Positions 1-11,208 of a stretch of 64,000 nt of DNA are shown piece by piece (within the stretch, counting starts at the first letter, position 1; every line of letters starts with the position of its first letter). Source of the stretch: Phyllosticta citribraziliensis. Lineage: Eukaryota. The position numbers and the translations under genes are program-made. The stretch is taken from contig NW_027117344.1 of NCBI RefSeq assembly GCF_038025025.1, positions 1-64,000 on the forward strand, read 5' to 3'. The notes under the pieces are model-generated. The model worked only from the letters and a program-made list of their open reading frames with translations, had not been told where the DNA came from and did no database searches.

Positions 1-110
1 ACCCTAACCCTAACCCTAACCCTAACCCTAACCCTAACCCTAACCCTAACCCTAACCCTAACCCTAACCCTAACCCTAACCCTAACCCTAACCCTAACCC
101 TAACCCTAAC
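1..110. repeat. Telomeric repeat (CCCTAA)n, about 18 copies; chromosome end
   Basis: Perfect CCCTAA tandem array from base 1, the reverse complement of the TTAGGG fungal telomere. Confidence 0.99.
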
Positions 111-950
111 TATATAATACTACTATTTTACTATACTACTTATCTACTCTTATTACTAAAAATAATAACTTATAAAAATAATATTAAGACTCTAGTAGCC
201 TATTCTACTAGTATATATAAATACTACTAGGCTAATTAGAATTAGATTTTAGTAGTATATATATTAACTATCTTATAAAAGGTATCTTCTATAGTAAGAT
301 ATATACTTAATAGGCTATATATACTAACTACTACTACTATCTACTATAATAATAAAGGCTATAAGAGTAAGATTTATAGTAATCTCTCTCTATAATAATA
401 ATAATAATAATAATTTAAAGAAAGGAAGGTTTTTTTTTTTCTTTTTTTTTTTTTCTTACTTAAAAGAATTTCTTTATATATATAAAAATAAAAAAAATAT
501 TTTTATAATATAGTTTTAAAAATAGTACTAAGCTATTATAGTAAGTAGATATATAACTAGTAGTATAATAATATAATAGTAGAGGCTAAATACTTTAATT
601 TTAAGAATTTAAGTATTATAAATAAGTATAAATTAATTTACTATATAGAAAATACTAGGTATAATAATATAGTTAAAATATAAAGAGCTAGTTAAAAGAT
701 AGAATAAAGAGAGGCTTAAAGAAGTTTAAATTCTAGCTATTACTATACTAGATAGGATTTAGGCTACTATTTAATATTTTATTTATTAATCTCTTTTACT
801 AATTAAATTTTTCTAACTAACTACTTATAAACTACCTATATCTCTACTATTATATACTAGGTTAAGCTTAAATTTATAGTAGAATTTAGTAGTTATAAAG
901 ATTATCTATTTCCTTATCTAAGCCTAATAGGCTAGTTATTTATTTAGAGT
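111..950. repeat. AT-rich subtelomeric block with RIP-like signature (degenerate repeat relic)
   Basis: Very AT-rich, abundant TpA, CpA/TpG almost absent, no ORFs, abrupt return to normal GC near 950; contains (TAA)n at ~393-413 and a poly-T tract at ~429-456. Confidence 0.85.
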
Positions 951-3900
951 CGCTCCTAAGGGTTTTTAAAAGACCGGCCGTGTGCGCCTCTTTCTCTGCT
1001 AATTAATATTCGTGGTGTCTTCGTTAGTCTATCGCCTTATCCCGGGTCGATATACGTCCACTCGAGGTAGAGAAGGCGCCGAGTTGTGCGCTTGGTCCGC
1101 CAGCATACCATTGAGCTGTCATCATTACTCAGTCGTTACCTTGCTCGCGCGGCAAGACGTAGATAATGGAGTGCTCGGATTCATCAGCGAAGGTGTGGCA
1201 CAATTGTCGGTCTTGTCAGCCGCGACGGGGAGAAATTCTCGTCGTGTGAAGGAAGAGGACCGGTCGCAATCGTAGGTAAGGCCATTGTCTGCTGGATAAT
1301 CAGAAGGAAAGCCTCTCAGAGCTTGTGTTTTCAAATTACGTGTCGGAGACATCCAATGGCAATTCATCGTCTTGCGCGGACCGACTTTTGAACAGGAAGG
1401 CCTTTGCTCAATGGTACTTCGGCGGCGTACCGAAATGGAGATTCGAAGCTCTCATATCGACCGGAGACTGATTGGTCGTGCGCCTTGAGGAGCGAGAGGG
1501 AGAGAGAGCAGGCGATGATCGTGACGTGCTTGAGAAGCCGCTGGTTGAGAAGCGTTCGTTCGGCGTCGGCGTAGGCAGCCGCGAGGGAGAGTTGAATCGG
1601 CACAAAGTCCAGGACAATCCTCGCGAATGAAAGAGGTAAGACGGCGAGGGTGGTTCACGTAGATTGATGCTGGAGAAGAGGCAAAGATGGCGGAGGAGAA
1701 AGAGCAGAGGCATTCGCCCGATCGACCGGGCGACCTGACGGACAGCCGAGGGTGACACGGACCTGACCCTCTCCGGACCGGGCCGCACCCCCGCGCCTCC
1801 GCCCCGCCTGCTTGCCCTCCAGCTGCCGCGTTTCACCAACATCGCGCCGCCGTGTCGCGCCCGCGTCTTTCCCTTGGTTGCAAAAGCCCGTCACGACGAC
1901 AACGCCATCATCACTACTACGGTCCGGCCTCGCATCCTCGTCGCTGCTCTCAACACCCTGCGGTGGTCCGACACCAAGCGATGCGCGCAGCAGATCAAAT
2001 CGCTCCCCTGCATCTTGCTCCTCGCGACAGCCGCCGCCAAAGGCCACCGCCGCAAACTCTCCACTCTCGAAAACAAATCCAGCTGCATGCTTCGATGGCC
2101 CACCGTCGGCCCTTCAAGTGTTTTTTTGCACGGGTACCACCCCGCCGTGTCCTACGAGACCCCTCGCCCCCAAGTCGATGAACACTCCAATAGAACTCGT
2201 CCAATGCGGCAAAAGGCGCGACTGGACAATTTGAGGGCCAATTTGGCTCGGAAGCTGATCTTGGTCTCAATCAGTCAAGCGGCTCGTGACTGCGGCGATG
2301 GAAAGCTACCTGTCACGCTGTGGGATGTCCAGCGGCAGTGGGACAGGACAGTCGGCTCTGACGTGGCGAACATCTAGGTATTTTCGACTTGCATGCCCCC
2401 ACGTCTCTGTCTTCTGTTGCGAGCATTTTCATGTCGACCACCGAAGCGTCGCGGTGAGTTCAATGTGACGTTGCCGCAGGACTCCCAAAAGTACCACAGT
2501 TTGGTCATCGCTCTCCGCAGAAAAGTCGCTCGTCCGCACCTACTGCAGCATATGAGCTCAGTTGCTCGAAGCTCAAAGGTGGGCGGAGAATTGCGCCAAT
2601 ACACTCAACATGCGATCAGCCAAGCTCCCCGTGCTCAAAACAGCGACGGTCATCTGTACCTAGACTCGTCTCCATCCGAGCGCAAGCCAATCGCGGACGA
2701 ACGGTCAAGCCCGAGATCCCTATCCACAATGCAAGTCGTCCGCGCTTGTTGTTGCAACCCCACCCTCACGCCCCTCTGCACGACTGCTCCCAATGCTCAC
2801 GCAACCCGCAAACTCCAACACTTCCGGCACATCACCACTTGAGAGTTTTGTGCCATGCGGCGAAATTGGATCTGCAAACGCGTGGAATCAGCAGAGTTTT
2901 GGCGGCACTCTTCTCCTATTACCAACTTGTGTCGACATTACGTTGCAAGGAACAATTCTTGAAATTGATTTACTGCCAAGCTGTCCTTTGACGATGAGCG
3001 AGGTGGGTTTGAACATGCTTACATGTACAATACTTTGTTTGGTGGACCCTGAAGCTAACGTGAAAAGGCAGTTTTGGAACACATTGCCGAGCGCAAGACC
3101 CTGACATTTGTGGAACCTTTATACCGCAACTGGAGTCATCAGCACGCGATACCGTAAATTCGGCAGCCAACTCTAGAATCGTTTCGGTCTTATGCAACTG
3201 CGCTTGAAAGCACGTATCGTATCTTTAGTTTGACTTCAGCGAAAGTGTCTCGCAGCACACCAGCTTTCAACCCAATCGCCCAGTGACCCTCGTCATGATC
3301 AAGCTGACCATGCCGCACCAAGTTTCAGTAACTGGCCTCTTTCTTTATCTATCAGCGTCATTGAGTGGCAGCTCCTCAGCCCAGCCGCAGTGAGGAGCCA
3401 CCATCTTTGACAGGCATCGAGTAGCGTTGAAAACGGACCGCGAAGCAACGATGATAGACGTCACGCTAACCACAGCAGGCAACAGGCAGTATCCGTGCGA
3501 TCCGTACTTGATAGTTCTCGCAGGCCCGTGAACTTTACGGTGTGAGGTAAGTATGTGCTGTCAGGACCACTACTATCATGAGCTTACGCGTACGACTCAG
3601 GATATTGGTTAGTATGTTAAAATTTCAGCTGTGCGCCAGAGTCCTCGTCCTTGCATGCGATTCATAACTTACATCTTCGGTGTTTTCTGGAAGCAAAGTC
3701 TTACCCGCATGCAAGGCACCGGCTAAATTGTTGTGTGGATCTTCTCGAGAGAAGCGAGAGAACACGCATGAGTGGGGCGCCGCCGAGCTCGCAGACACCA
3801 TTGGACATCGAGCGTTCGATGCGATAGCATTGGTTCCGTATCGGTGTGCCGCCGGCGGAGAGCACTACATCCATATTTTCAATTCTTCCCCTGCAGCAAA

Positions 3901-4230
3901 GGATCAACGAGACTAATTTTCGACATGCCCAAACAGGACAAGCGGTCTCTGAATGTCAACATAGGCGGCAAGACGGGCCGCGGAGTGAAGATGCTCCAAC
4001 GGCTTTACTACTGCACCTCTTTACGTTTTGGCCCCCGCCCCCACGTCAAAGTGGCGATCATGATCAAATTTTCTGGATTTGGCACGTTGCTGGTCCACGT
4101 GCCGCTATCCGCTAGAGAGTTCATCGAACGACGGGTCGAAGACGGAAAAGAAGCGCAGAGGGTATAAAGAGATGAGCCGCATCCAAGCGCTCTAATGTAG
4201 GTCCACCGTCGCCCACCAGCTGCCGCCAAA

Positions 4231-6296
4231 ATGCATGCCACGCCGGTCCTCGCGTCTCTTTTGACGCTGCTTTCGCTCGTAGAGTCTCGCCACAATCCAA
4301 TCCTCCCCAGAGCGGCAGAACTCGATTCCGACTACGAGTATGTTGTCGTCGGCTCCGGACCGGGTGGCGGACCCCTGGCAGCCAATCTTGCAGCAGCCGG
4401 CCACAAGGTCTTGCTGATTGATGCGGGCGGCGACCAAGGAGACAATCTTTACGAGGAGGTTCCCGTCCTCTTTCCCTACGCAACAGAGTTCCAGGAGACG
4501 GAGTGGGACTTTTTTGTCACGCGCAACTCGGATCCGAGCATCCAGGCCCAGGATTCGATCACGTCCTATCGCCTCTCCAACGGCAGCGTCTACACCGGTC
4601 TCAACCCCCCAGCTGGTTCCAAGGCTCTGGGAACTTTGTATCCCCGCGCTGGTACACTGGGCGGCTGCTCGCGACACAATGCGCTCGTCACGATTCGGGC
4701 ATTCGACAGCGACTGGGATGCGGTTGCGGAGAGCACCGGAGACTCCTCGTGGAGCGGGTCGACCTTTCAAAGGTTGTTTGAAAACATGGAAAAGTGCGAG
4801 TACCTGCCCAACAGCATCGTTGGCCACGGCTTCGACGGATGGCTGTACACGTCGCTCACATCGCTCCTGACTGCTGTCAGCGACCTCAAGGTCGTCAGCG
4901 TCATTCTTTCGGCCGGCTCTGCCATGGGAATCAACATTGCCGAGACGTTGGTCGGTACGGTTACGGGGCTGGGAGAAGTCCTCCTCAAGGATGTAAACGC
5001 GCCAGGCTCCACAATCTCGTCCGGGCCGTACCAGATTCCTTTGGCCATGAACTCGGCCAATTCGACAAGAGGAGGTGCGCGGGACCGCATCATGCAAGTC
5101 GCCAACGCCGTCAACGCCGATGGAAGCCGCAAGTACCAACTTGACATCAAGCTTGAAACCTTTGTCACAAAGATTCGTTTCGACGACACCACTGCCGATG
5201 GTACGCCGATTGCGACTGGTGTCGACTTCCTTGAAGGCCAGAGTCTGTACCGTGCCGACCCGCGCTGGCAGAGCGCGACGGTCAGCGGCTCCGGAAGCAT
5301 CAACGCTACCAAGGAAGTCATCATCGCTGCTGGCGCGTTTAACACTCCTCAATTGCTCAAGTTGAGCGGAGTTGGCCCCAAGGAAGAGCTTGAAAGCTTT
5401 GACATTCCGGTAAGTTGGACCTGTTTTTCTTTTTAACTTTTTGTCTTTCATGGCTTACCTTTCAGGTTTTGGTCGACCTTCCCGGTGTCGGCGCCAACCT
5501 GCGCGACCACATTGAAGTTCCAGTCATCAGCAACGCCACCAAGGACTTTTCCCTCATCGACGGCTGCACCTTCATGCAAGGCTACCCTGACACTCCTGAC
5601 CCGTGTCTGGAGAAATGGCTCGACGGCACCGACCAGACGAGCAAGGGCGTCTACGCGACCAACGGCTTGGCCGTCGGTGCCGCCATGCGGAGCTCTGCAG
5701 CAACCCAAGACGACCCCGACCTTTTCGTCTACGGTGGCCCAGCAAACTTCCCTGGCTTCTTCCCCGGCTGGTCGGATCTCGCCTTCGGCGACCACCATCA
5801 CTGGGTGTGGGTCTCTCTCAAAGCCAGCACGCTCAACACCGCCGGCACTGTAACACTCAACTCCTCCGACCCGCGCGACTTGCCCAACATTGCTTTCAAC
5901 ACCTTCCAAGACTCGCAGTCCAAGGAGCAGGACCTGCAGGCTTCTTACGAGGGCATCTCATTTGCGCGCCGTGCCATGGACGACTTGATTCCTCTCGACG
6001 GTTCGTTCTCCGAGATCCAGCCTGGCCGTGATAACGCAACGAACGAGGAGGAAATCAAGAACTACGCCTACACCAACAGCTTTGGCCACCATGCTTGCTG
6101 CACGGCAGCGATTGGTGGTGATGACGACGAGGGTGCTGTGCTGGACAGCGAGTTTCGCGTGCGTGGCGTCAGTGGTTTGAGGGTCGTTGATGCCAGTGCT
6201 TTCCCAATCGTGCCTGGTTTCTTCATTGCGCTGCCGACTTATTTGTTGGCTGAGAAAGCATCGGAGGCAATTTTGAACGCCACTCTGACTGCTTGA
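4231..6296 (+). CDS. Secreted GMC oxidoreductase (AA3-like), 2 exons, ~669 aa
   Basis: Signal peptide; VVVGSGPGGG FAD motif; YPRAGTLGGCSRHN; AAGAFNTPQLLKLSGVGP; LRVVDASAFP; intron 5410-5465 (GTAAGT..TTCAG) joins the two ORFs in frame. Confidence 0.93.
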
Positions 6297-6456
6297 TCTC
6301 AAAGTGCAAAGTAATTTAGTTTTTGGCTGTATGAATAATAAATTTCAAACACAATGCTTCGTGTACGCAAGTTCATGTGTAAGTTGGAGAAGAATGTATT
6401 AGACTATCTATCCATGGTATCAAAACCCGCTATGCATTTTGAATCGCAAAAACCAT

Positions 6457-8190
6457 TTACTTGAACTGAACCTGCTCCTTGGGCTCCTGGCAGTAAGGAA
6501 CCGAAGGGCTCCTCCACTCGGGGTTCGCCTCGTCGCCCTTGTCAAAGCTGACAACAGGCTTGAGGAAGCTCAGCCTCTTGCCGTCGAAAGCGCTGTTCTG
6601 GAAGGTCTGGAACCAACCGCTGTCCTCGCGGAGGACATCGCCAAAGACGCGCTTCCAGCCGTCCCAGACAGTGACGAGCAGGTCCAAGACGTGGTGGGCG
6701 CCGCGCATCTCGGCCCACTGGAAGCGCTTTGCGCACTCGTCGACAATGTTGCGGGGGTAGAGACCAATCTCGGGCCTGAGAGCGTACGTGTTGACGGCGG
6801 CCAAGGCGGCATGCGAGTAGTAGCTGCCACCGTGCAGGGCGCGGTCGCGGAGACCGATCATGGCACCGAGGGCACCAAGGATGCCAGTGGTCATGTCGGA
6901 CACGGGCAGCGAAGGGAGCACGCACTCGTTGTCGGGGAGGTTGAGGGAGCGACCGGTGACGTACGAGGAGCCAGCGGCCGTGTCGGCAATCTGCTGCCAG
7001 CCACCACGCTCAGCGTAGATGCCGTCGGGGCCGTAGCAGTTCTCCGAGACATAGACAATGCCCTTTTGGCGCTCGCCAGCCATGCGGAGGAGCTCGTTGA
7101 GGCCGAGGCCGTACTTTTCGAGCTTAGATTGCCTGAAGCCCTGGACAAAGACGTCGGCGTCCCTGACGAGGCTCTGGACGTAGGCGCGGTCCTCGGGGTT
7201 GCGGAGGTCAATGGCAATAGTGCGCTTGCCAGCGTTGAGGGTGAGTTGCATGATGTTGATGTCGACGAGGTGGGGAGCGTTGATGCGGATGACATCGGCG
7301 CCGTACGAGGACAGCACGGTGCCAACCTGAGGACCAGCAATGATGCGAGTCATTTCGACGACCTTGACACCAGCAAGGGGACGCTTGTCGTTGGGGTTGA
7401 AGGGAGGGAAAGCGATGCGAGGAGTCGGGACCGAGTGCGCTTGTTGCTTGACATTGACAAACGGGTGCTTGGCCAGGGCCTTGCCCATCTCGCTGTTGTT
7501 CCATGCCTCGGGAGTGAAGCAAATGCTGCCGCAGAAGCCGTTGTAGAGGTTGTTGAACTCGAGCTCCTCAGGGGACTTTTGAGTGGTAAACTTCTTAATG
7601 TGCTCGTAGGCCTCTTCGGGCGTGTTGATGGGGTCTTCCGGGTTGACTCCAAGCGACTTGAGGAGCGGCTTGGCGTTGAGAGAGCCGTGGACCGAGTACC
7701 AGGTCTCGGGGTTCTTTGTGGGGTAGAGAGCGGTGCCACGGTATTTGAGAGGAGTGTCGACCCAGCCCTGCTCGTAGTTGGGGAGCAGAGGCTTGAGCTT
7801 CTTGGCCCTGGTCAATGCGACAACGTCCTCGCCGTCGACAAAGGCCATGCCAATCGTGGCAAACCAGAAACCGGCTTGAGTGGTGTTGACAGTCACGGTC
7901 CTGTCCTCGCGGGCAGCGCCTCGAATGGCAAGAATCTCGTCGGCAACGACACCGCTCATGGCGTGGAGAGCGGCGGCAATGGGAACAGCCTTGATGGGGC
8001 CAGGAATGACGGGGAAATCGTCTCCGACAAACTTGACCTTGGAGAGGAGCTTCTCATCTTGAGTAAAGCCCGGGGTCTCCTTGGCAATGATTCTGAAGAT
8101 GCGCTCCGTGTCTTGAGGGACAGGCACGAAGCCAGTGTCCGTGTGGGAGCCGGGTCCGTAGACGTTGGGGATGGTAGGGTAATCAGACAT
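6457..8190 (-). CDS. Class III CoA-transferase (CaiB/BaiF family), 577 aa, intronless
   Basis: RPLAGVKVVEMTRIIAGP, YGADVIRI, NAGKRTIAIDL, ADVFVQGFR, and catalytic-Asp-like LPVSDMTTG. Confidence 0.93.
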   Translation of the reverse strand: MSDYPTIPNVYGPGSHTDTGFVPVPQDTERIFRIIAKETPGFTQDEKLLSKVKFVGDDFPVIPGPIKAVPIAAALHAMSGVVADEILAIRGAAREDRTVTVNTTQAGFWFATIGMAFVDGEDVVALTRAKKLKPLLPNYEQGWVDTPLKYRGTALYPTKNPETWYSVHGSLNAKPLLKSLGVNPEDPINTPEEAYEHIKKFTTQKSPEELEFNNLYNGFCGSICFTPEAWNNSEMGKALAKHPFVNVKQQAHSVPTPRIAFPPFNPNDKRPLAGVKVVEMTRIIAGPQVGTVLSSYGADVIRINAPHLVDINIMQLTLNAGKRTIAIDLRNPEDRAYVQSLVRDADVFVQGFRQSKLEKYGLGLNELLRMAGERQKGIVYVSENCYGPDGIYAERGGWQQIADTAAGSSYVTGRSLNLPDNECVLPSLPVSDMTTGILGALGAMIGLRDRALHGGSYYSHAALAAVNTYALRPEIGLYPRNIVDECAKRFQWAEMRGAHHVLDLLVTVWDGWKRVFGDVLREDSGWFQTFQNSAFDGKRLSFLKPVVSFDKGDEANPEWRSPSVPYCQEPKEQVQFK

Positions 8191-8328
8191 GATGAAAATG
8201 AGTTGATGATGTCGAGAAAAAGCGATGGGGAGACGGGTTTATATCTCCCCGCCGCGTATCCAGGAGACGGGTCATTTCGAAAATTCTGAGATGTAAACAG
8301 ATCTGATGCTCGTCATACGGAGAGGCGC

Positions 8329-8376
8329 CCGAGGCTTCAAGGCGGGGAACCGAGCTTCATGCGAGAGACCCCTCGG
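8329..8376. promoter_or_regulatory. CCGAGG (8329-8334) and CCTCGG (8371-8376) motifs in a divergent promoter; FarA/FarB-type sites
   Basis: Two inverted copies of the CCTCGG/CCGAGG core known for Aspergillus FarA/FarB, in the 394-bp gap between the CoA-transferase and dehydrogenase starts. Confidence 0.45.
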
Positions 8377-8584
8377 AGTGTCGATCAACTGATCGCCAAG
8401 AGATAACGGCTTTCCTTCGGTTGCCCTGAGCTCGATGATGAGATCAGGGATGAACAAGCTTTTGAGATTCTCTGCATAAAGTCAATAGCTCGCTGTTAAA
8501 GCCCAAAAGGTCATTTGAAAGCTTCCTGTCTCCAAACACATTGAGTACTTGCACCTTGCCTCCAACAAAGAAAAGTCTTTCAAA

Positions 8585-9544
8585 ATGGCCATCAACAAAG
8601 TTACCATCATCGGCAGCGGTGCCATTGGCTGCTCTTGGGCCGCCCTCTTCCTCGCCAATGGTCTGCAAGTCACGGCATTCGACATCAACCCTCAAGCCGA
8701 GAACCTCTTGCGGTCCCTCGTTTCAGAGGCCCTTCCCACCCTGGAAAGAATGGGTCAGCTGAAGAGACAAGACGCCAAAGCTTCAGACGTCGTCTTCACC
8801 ACCGATCTCAAGGAGGCCTTGAAGGACACCGACTTTGTCCAAGAAAACGGACCGGAGAGGCTCGACTTCAAGCGCAACCTCTTCAACGACATCATTGCCA
8901 ACATCCGGCCAGACACCATAATCGCAACCTCATCTTCAGGCTTGACATGCACTTCAATCCAAGAGGGCGTCAAATCGCATCCCGAGAGATGCGTTGTTGG
9001 ACACCCCTTCAACCCGCCTCACATGATTCCGCTGGTCGAAGTTGTGGGCGGAAGCAAAACATCCGATGAAACCATTTCCAGGACCATGGCATTCTACGAG
9101 GGCTTGGGTAAAAAGGCCGTCCACGTCAAGAAGGAGGTCGTCGGTCACATTGCAAACAGACTACAGGCTGCCGTGGTCCGTGAATGTCTGCATCTCCTCT
9201 CGGAGGACGTCTGCGACATGTCCGACATTGATACCGCCATGTCCTATGGCCCTGGTCTGCGCTGGGGTGTCATGGGTCCAGGCTCTCTTCTCCACTTGGG
9301 TGGTGGTCCAGGCGGAATCCAGCATCTTGCCGACCATTTGCTTGGTCCATTGACGACCTGGTGGGCTCCCAAGGATCCCGTGGTGGACGACGAGTTGAAG
9401 AAGAAGTTTGTCGAGGGCACGCTGAACGAAATCAACGGCAGGACGTACGAGGCCATGGCCAAGCAGAGGGACGAGGAGTTGGTGGCTTTGTTGAATGTCA
9501 GAAGGGAGTGGGACAACTATGCGGAGAAGCAAAAGAGTGCTTGA
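8585..9544 (+). CDS. 3-hydroxyacyl-CoA dehydrogenase family protein (lambda-crystallin/L-carnitine dehydrogenase-like), 319 aa, intronless
   Basis: IIGSGAIGCSWA Rossmann motif, VQENGPERLDFK, ATSSSGL, GHPFNPPH, GHIANRLQAA, GPGLRWGVMGP; ATG at 8585 in AAAATGG context. Confidence 0.92.
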   Translation: MAINKVTIIGSGAIGCSWAALFLANGLQVTAFDINPQAENLLRSLVSEALPTLERMGQLKRQDAKASDVVFTTDLKEALKDTDFVQENGPERLDFKRNLFNDIIANIRPDTIIATSSSGLTCTSIQEGVKSHPERCVVGHPFNPPHMIPLVEVVGGSKTSDETISRTMAFYEGLGKKAVHVKKEVVGHIANRLQAAVVRECLHLLSEDVCDMSDIDTAMSYGPGLRWGVMGPGSLLHLGGGPGGIQHLADHLLGPLTTWWAPKDPVVDDELKKKFVEGTLNEINGRTYEAMAKQRDEELVALLNVRREWDNYAEKQKSA

Positions 9545-10284
9545 TTGAGTTAGCGTCGATATCCAATAATTTCATCCACTGTTCCTCCCTGCAAACCTCC
9601 ATCATGCCATGTATCCACGTGCTTGCGTCGCCTTTGCCTGCTTCGTTTCACCCCTTTCCGCGCAGAGCGTCCAAGTTGGCGTCAGCGCTCCCAGACGCTC
9701 CACGCCGTCGTTTCGGGCCGTGGAAAGGTGCGAGGCCGAGCGGCTGTGCCAGTTGTCGGTGTGCCTGACGGCGGCCGCGTAGCCGTGATAAGATCTTTCG
9801 GATCAAATCAGAGCGACGACGCTTTCGCGCTCTCTGCTCGTCTGTTCTAGAAACGCAATCGTCAGGCGAGGCGGAGATTTGGGCGGGATCGGTTCCTTCA
9901 GGCGATCACGCATGGACAGTGCCAGGCCGGATTCGCAGTGGCAAGGAGTATGTTCTGACTCGCAAGCCGAGGCTGGCGCCAAAAAGGGGAATTCAGGTGG
10001 TGTTGGTGACGACATGCGCCTGGTGTTGAAGACACGGACCGCGAAAATCTTCGAGGCGAGATCTTTTGATAAGATAACTCGGATTTGATCCGGCGCCCGC
10101 CACCACCACCGTCACCGTCGCATCGCGACCATAACATCATCTCGACGGCGAAGACCATTTTTCCTCTGAACCGTGCTGCTGCTGCTCTGGCCTTAATAGG
10201 AGACATGGCGTCCAACGCGTTTCTTCTGCCTGTTCCCATCTCGCACATCTCCAATCTCAACTCGTCCACCACTTTCCATCCACA

Positions 10285-11208
10285 ATGCTCCCCGAAAGAC
10301 GCCTCTACATTCTCGACACCGACCTGACCCGTTGGTCCTCTCGCCGTGGTCGCATCATCTCCACTCGCACCGATGGCTCCGACCCCAGAGTTGTCGTCGA
10401 CCACATCAAAGAGCTTCCCGATGGCATCGCCATTGACCGCGAGCACAACCACATGTACGTCACCATGATGGGTGCTTCCGGCTTCAAGGAAAACGACGGC
10501 TCGATCATCCGCTACAACCTCGATGGCTCCAAGCCCACCACCATTGTTCCTCCCGGCGCAACCTTCACGCCCAAGCAAGTCACCATCGCGCGCCAAAGCA
10601 AGAAGCTCTACTGGTCAGACCGCGAGGGCCTGCGCGTCATGCGCTCCAACCTCGACGGAAGCGATATTGAGGTCTTGGTACAAACGGGCAATACCGAGGA
10701 GGACCGCAAGGACCTGTCGCGGTGGTGCGTTGGCATCGCCGTCGACGAGGAAAATGGCTACTTCTACTGGACGCAAAAAGGTCCCAGCAAAGGCAAGGTT
10801 GGGCGCATCTACCGCGCCAGGATCGACGGCCTCAAGCAAGAATATCCCAGCTCGCGCAAGGATCGCGAGCTTCTCTTTGAATCTCTGCCCGAGCCTATCG
10901 ACCTCGAGCTGGACGTCAAGTCGCAGCTCCTCTACTGGACGGACCGCGGAGATCCCCCGACTGGAAACTCGCTGAACAGGGCGTACGTTGGAAAGACCCC
11001 GGCCACCTCTGGAGGTCGTTCCTCTGTGGGCGAGGTCCTGGCTGTCCGTCTTCACGAGACCATTGGCCTGGCCCTTGACCTCCAGAATGAAGCCGCCTAC
11101 GTCACCGATCTCGCCGGAGGCGTGTACAAGATTGGCATTGGCAAGGAAAACACCAAAGAAGTCTTGTTCGCCGAGCTGGGCGACACTACTGGCATCGCGC
11201 TCGTATAG
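10285..11208 (+). CDS. Six-bladed YWTD-type beta-propeller protein, 307 aa, intronless, no signal peptide
   Basis: Repeated blades PDGIAID..MYVT, LYWSDRE, VGIAVD..FYWTQ, PIDLELD..LYWTDRG, IGLALD..YVTD. Confidence 0.88.
   Translation: MLPERRLYILDTDLTRWSSRRGRIISTRTDGSDPRVVVDHIKELPDGIAIDREHNHMYVTMMGASGFKENDGSIIRYNLDGSKPTTIVPPGATFTPKQVTIARQSKKLYWSDREGLRVMRSNLDGSDIEVLVQTGNTEEDRKDLSRWCVGIAVDEENGYFYWTQKGPSKGKVGRIYRARIDGLKQEYPSSRKDRELLFESLPEPIDLELDVKSQLLYWTDRGDPPTGNSLNRAYVGKTPATSGGRSSVGEVLAVRLHETIGLALDLQNEAAYVTDLAGGVYKIGIGKENTKEVLFAELGDTTGIALV

Noticed and set aside
1000..4200. Short ORFs next to the telomere as a telomere-linked RecQ helicase or transposon relic
   Set aside because: No helicase, transposase or reverse-transcriptase motifs recognisable in any listed frame; left uncalled
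4192..5451. 419-aa - strand ORF
   Set aside because: Antisense shadow of GMC exon 1
6439..8289. 616-aa + strand ORF
   Set aside because: Antisense shadow of the CoA-transferase; explained by codon bias, with no domain features
6457..11208. Peroxisomal beta-oxidation targeting of the trio
   Set aside because: C-termini (VQFK, QKSA, IALV) are not PTS1 signals
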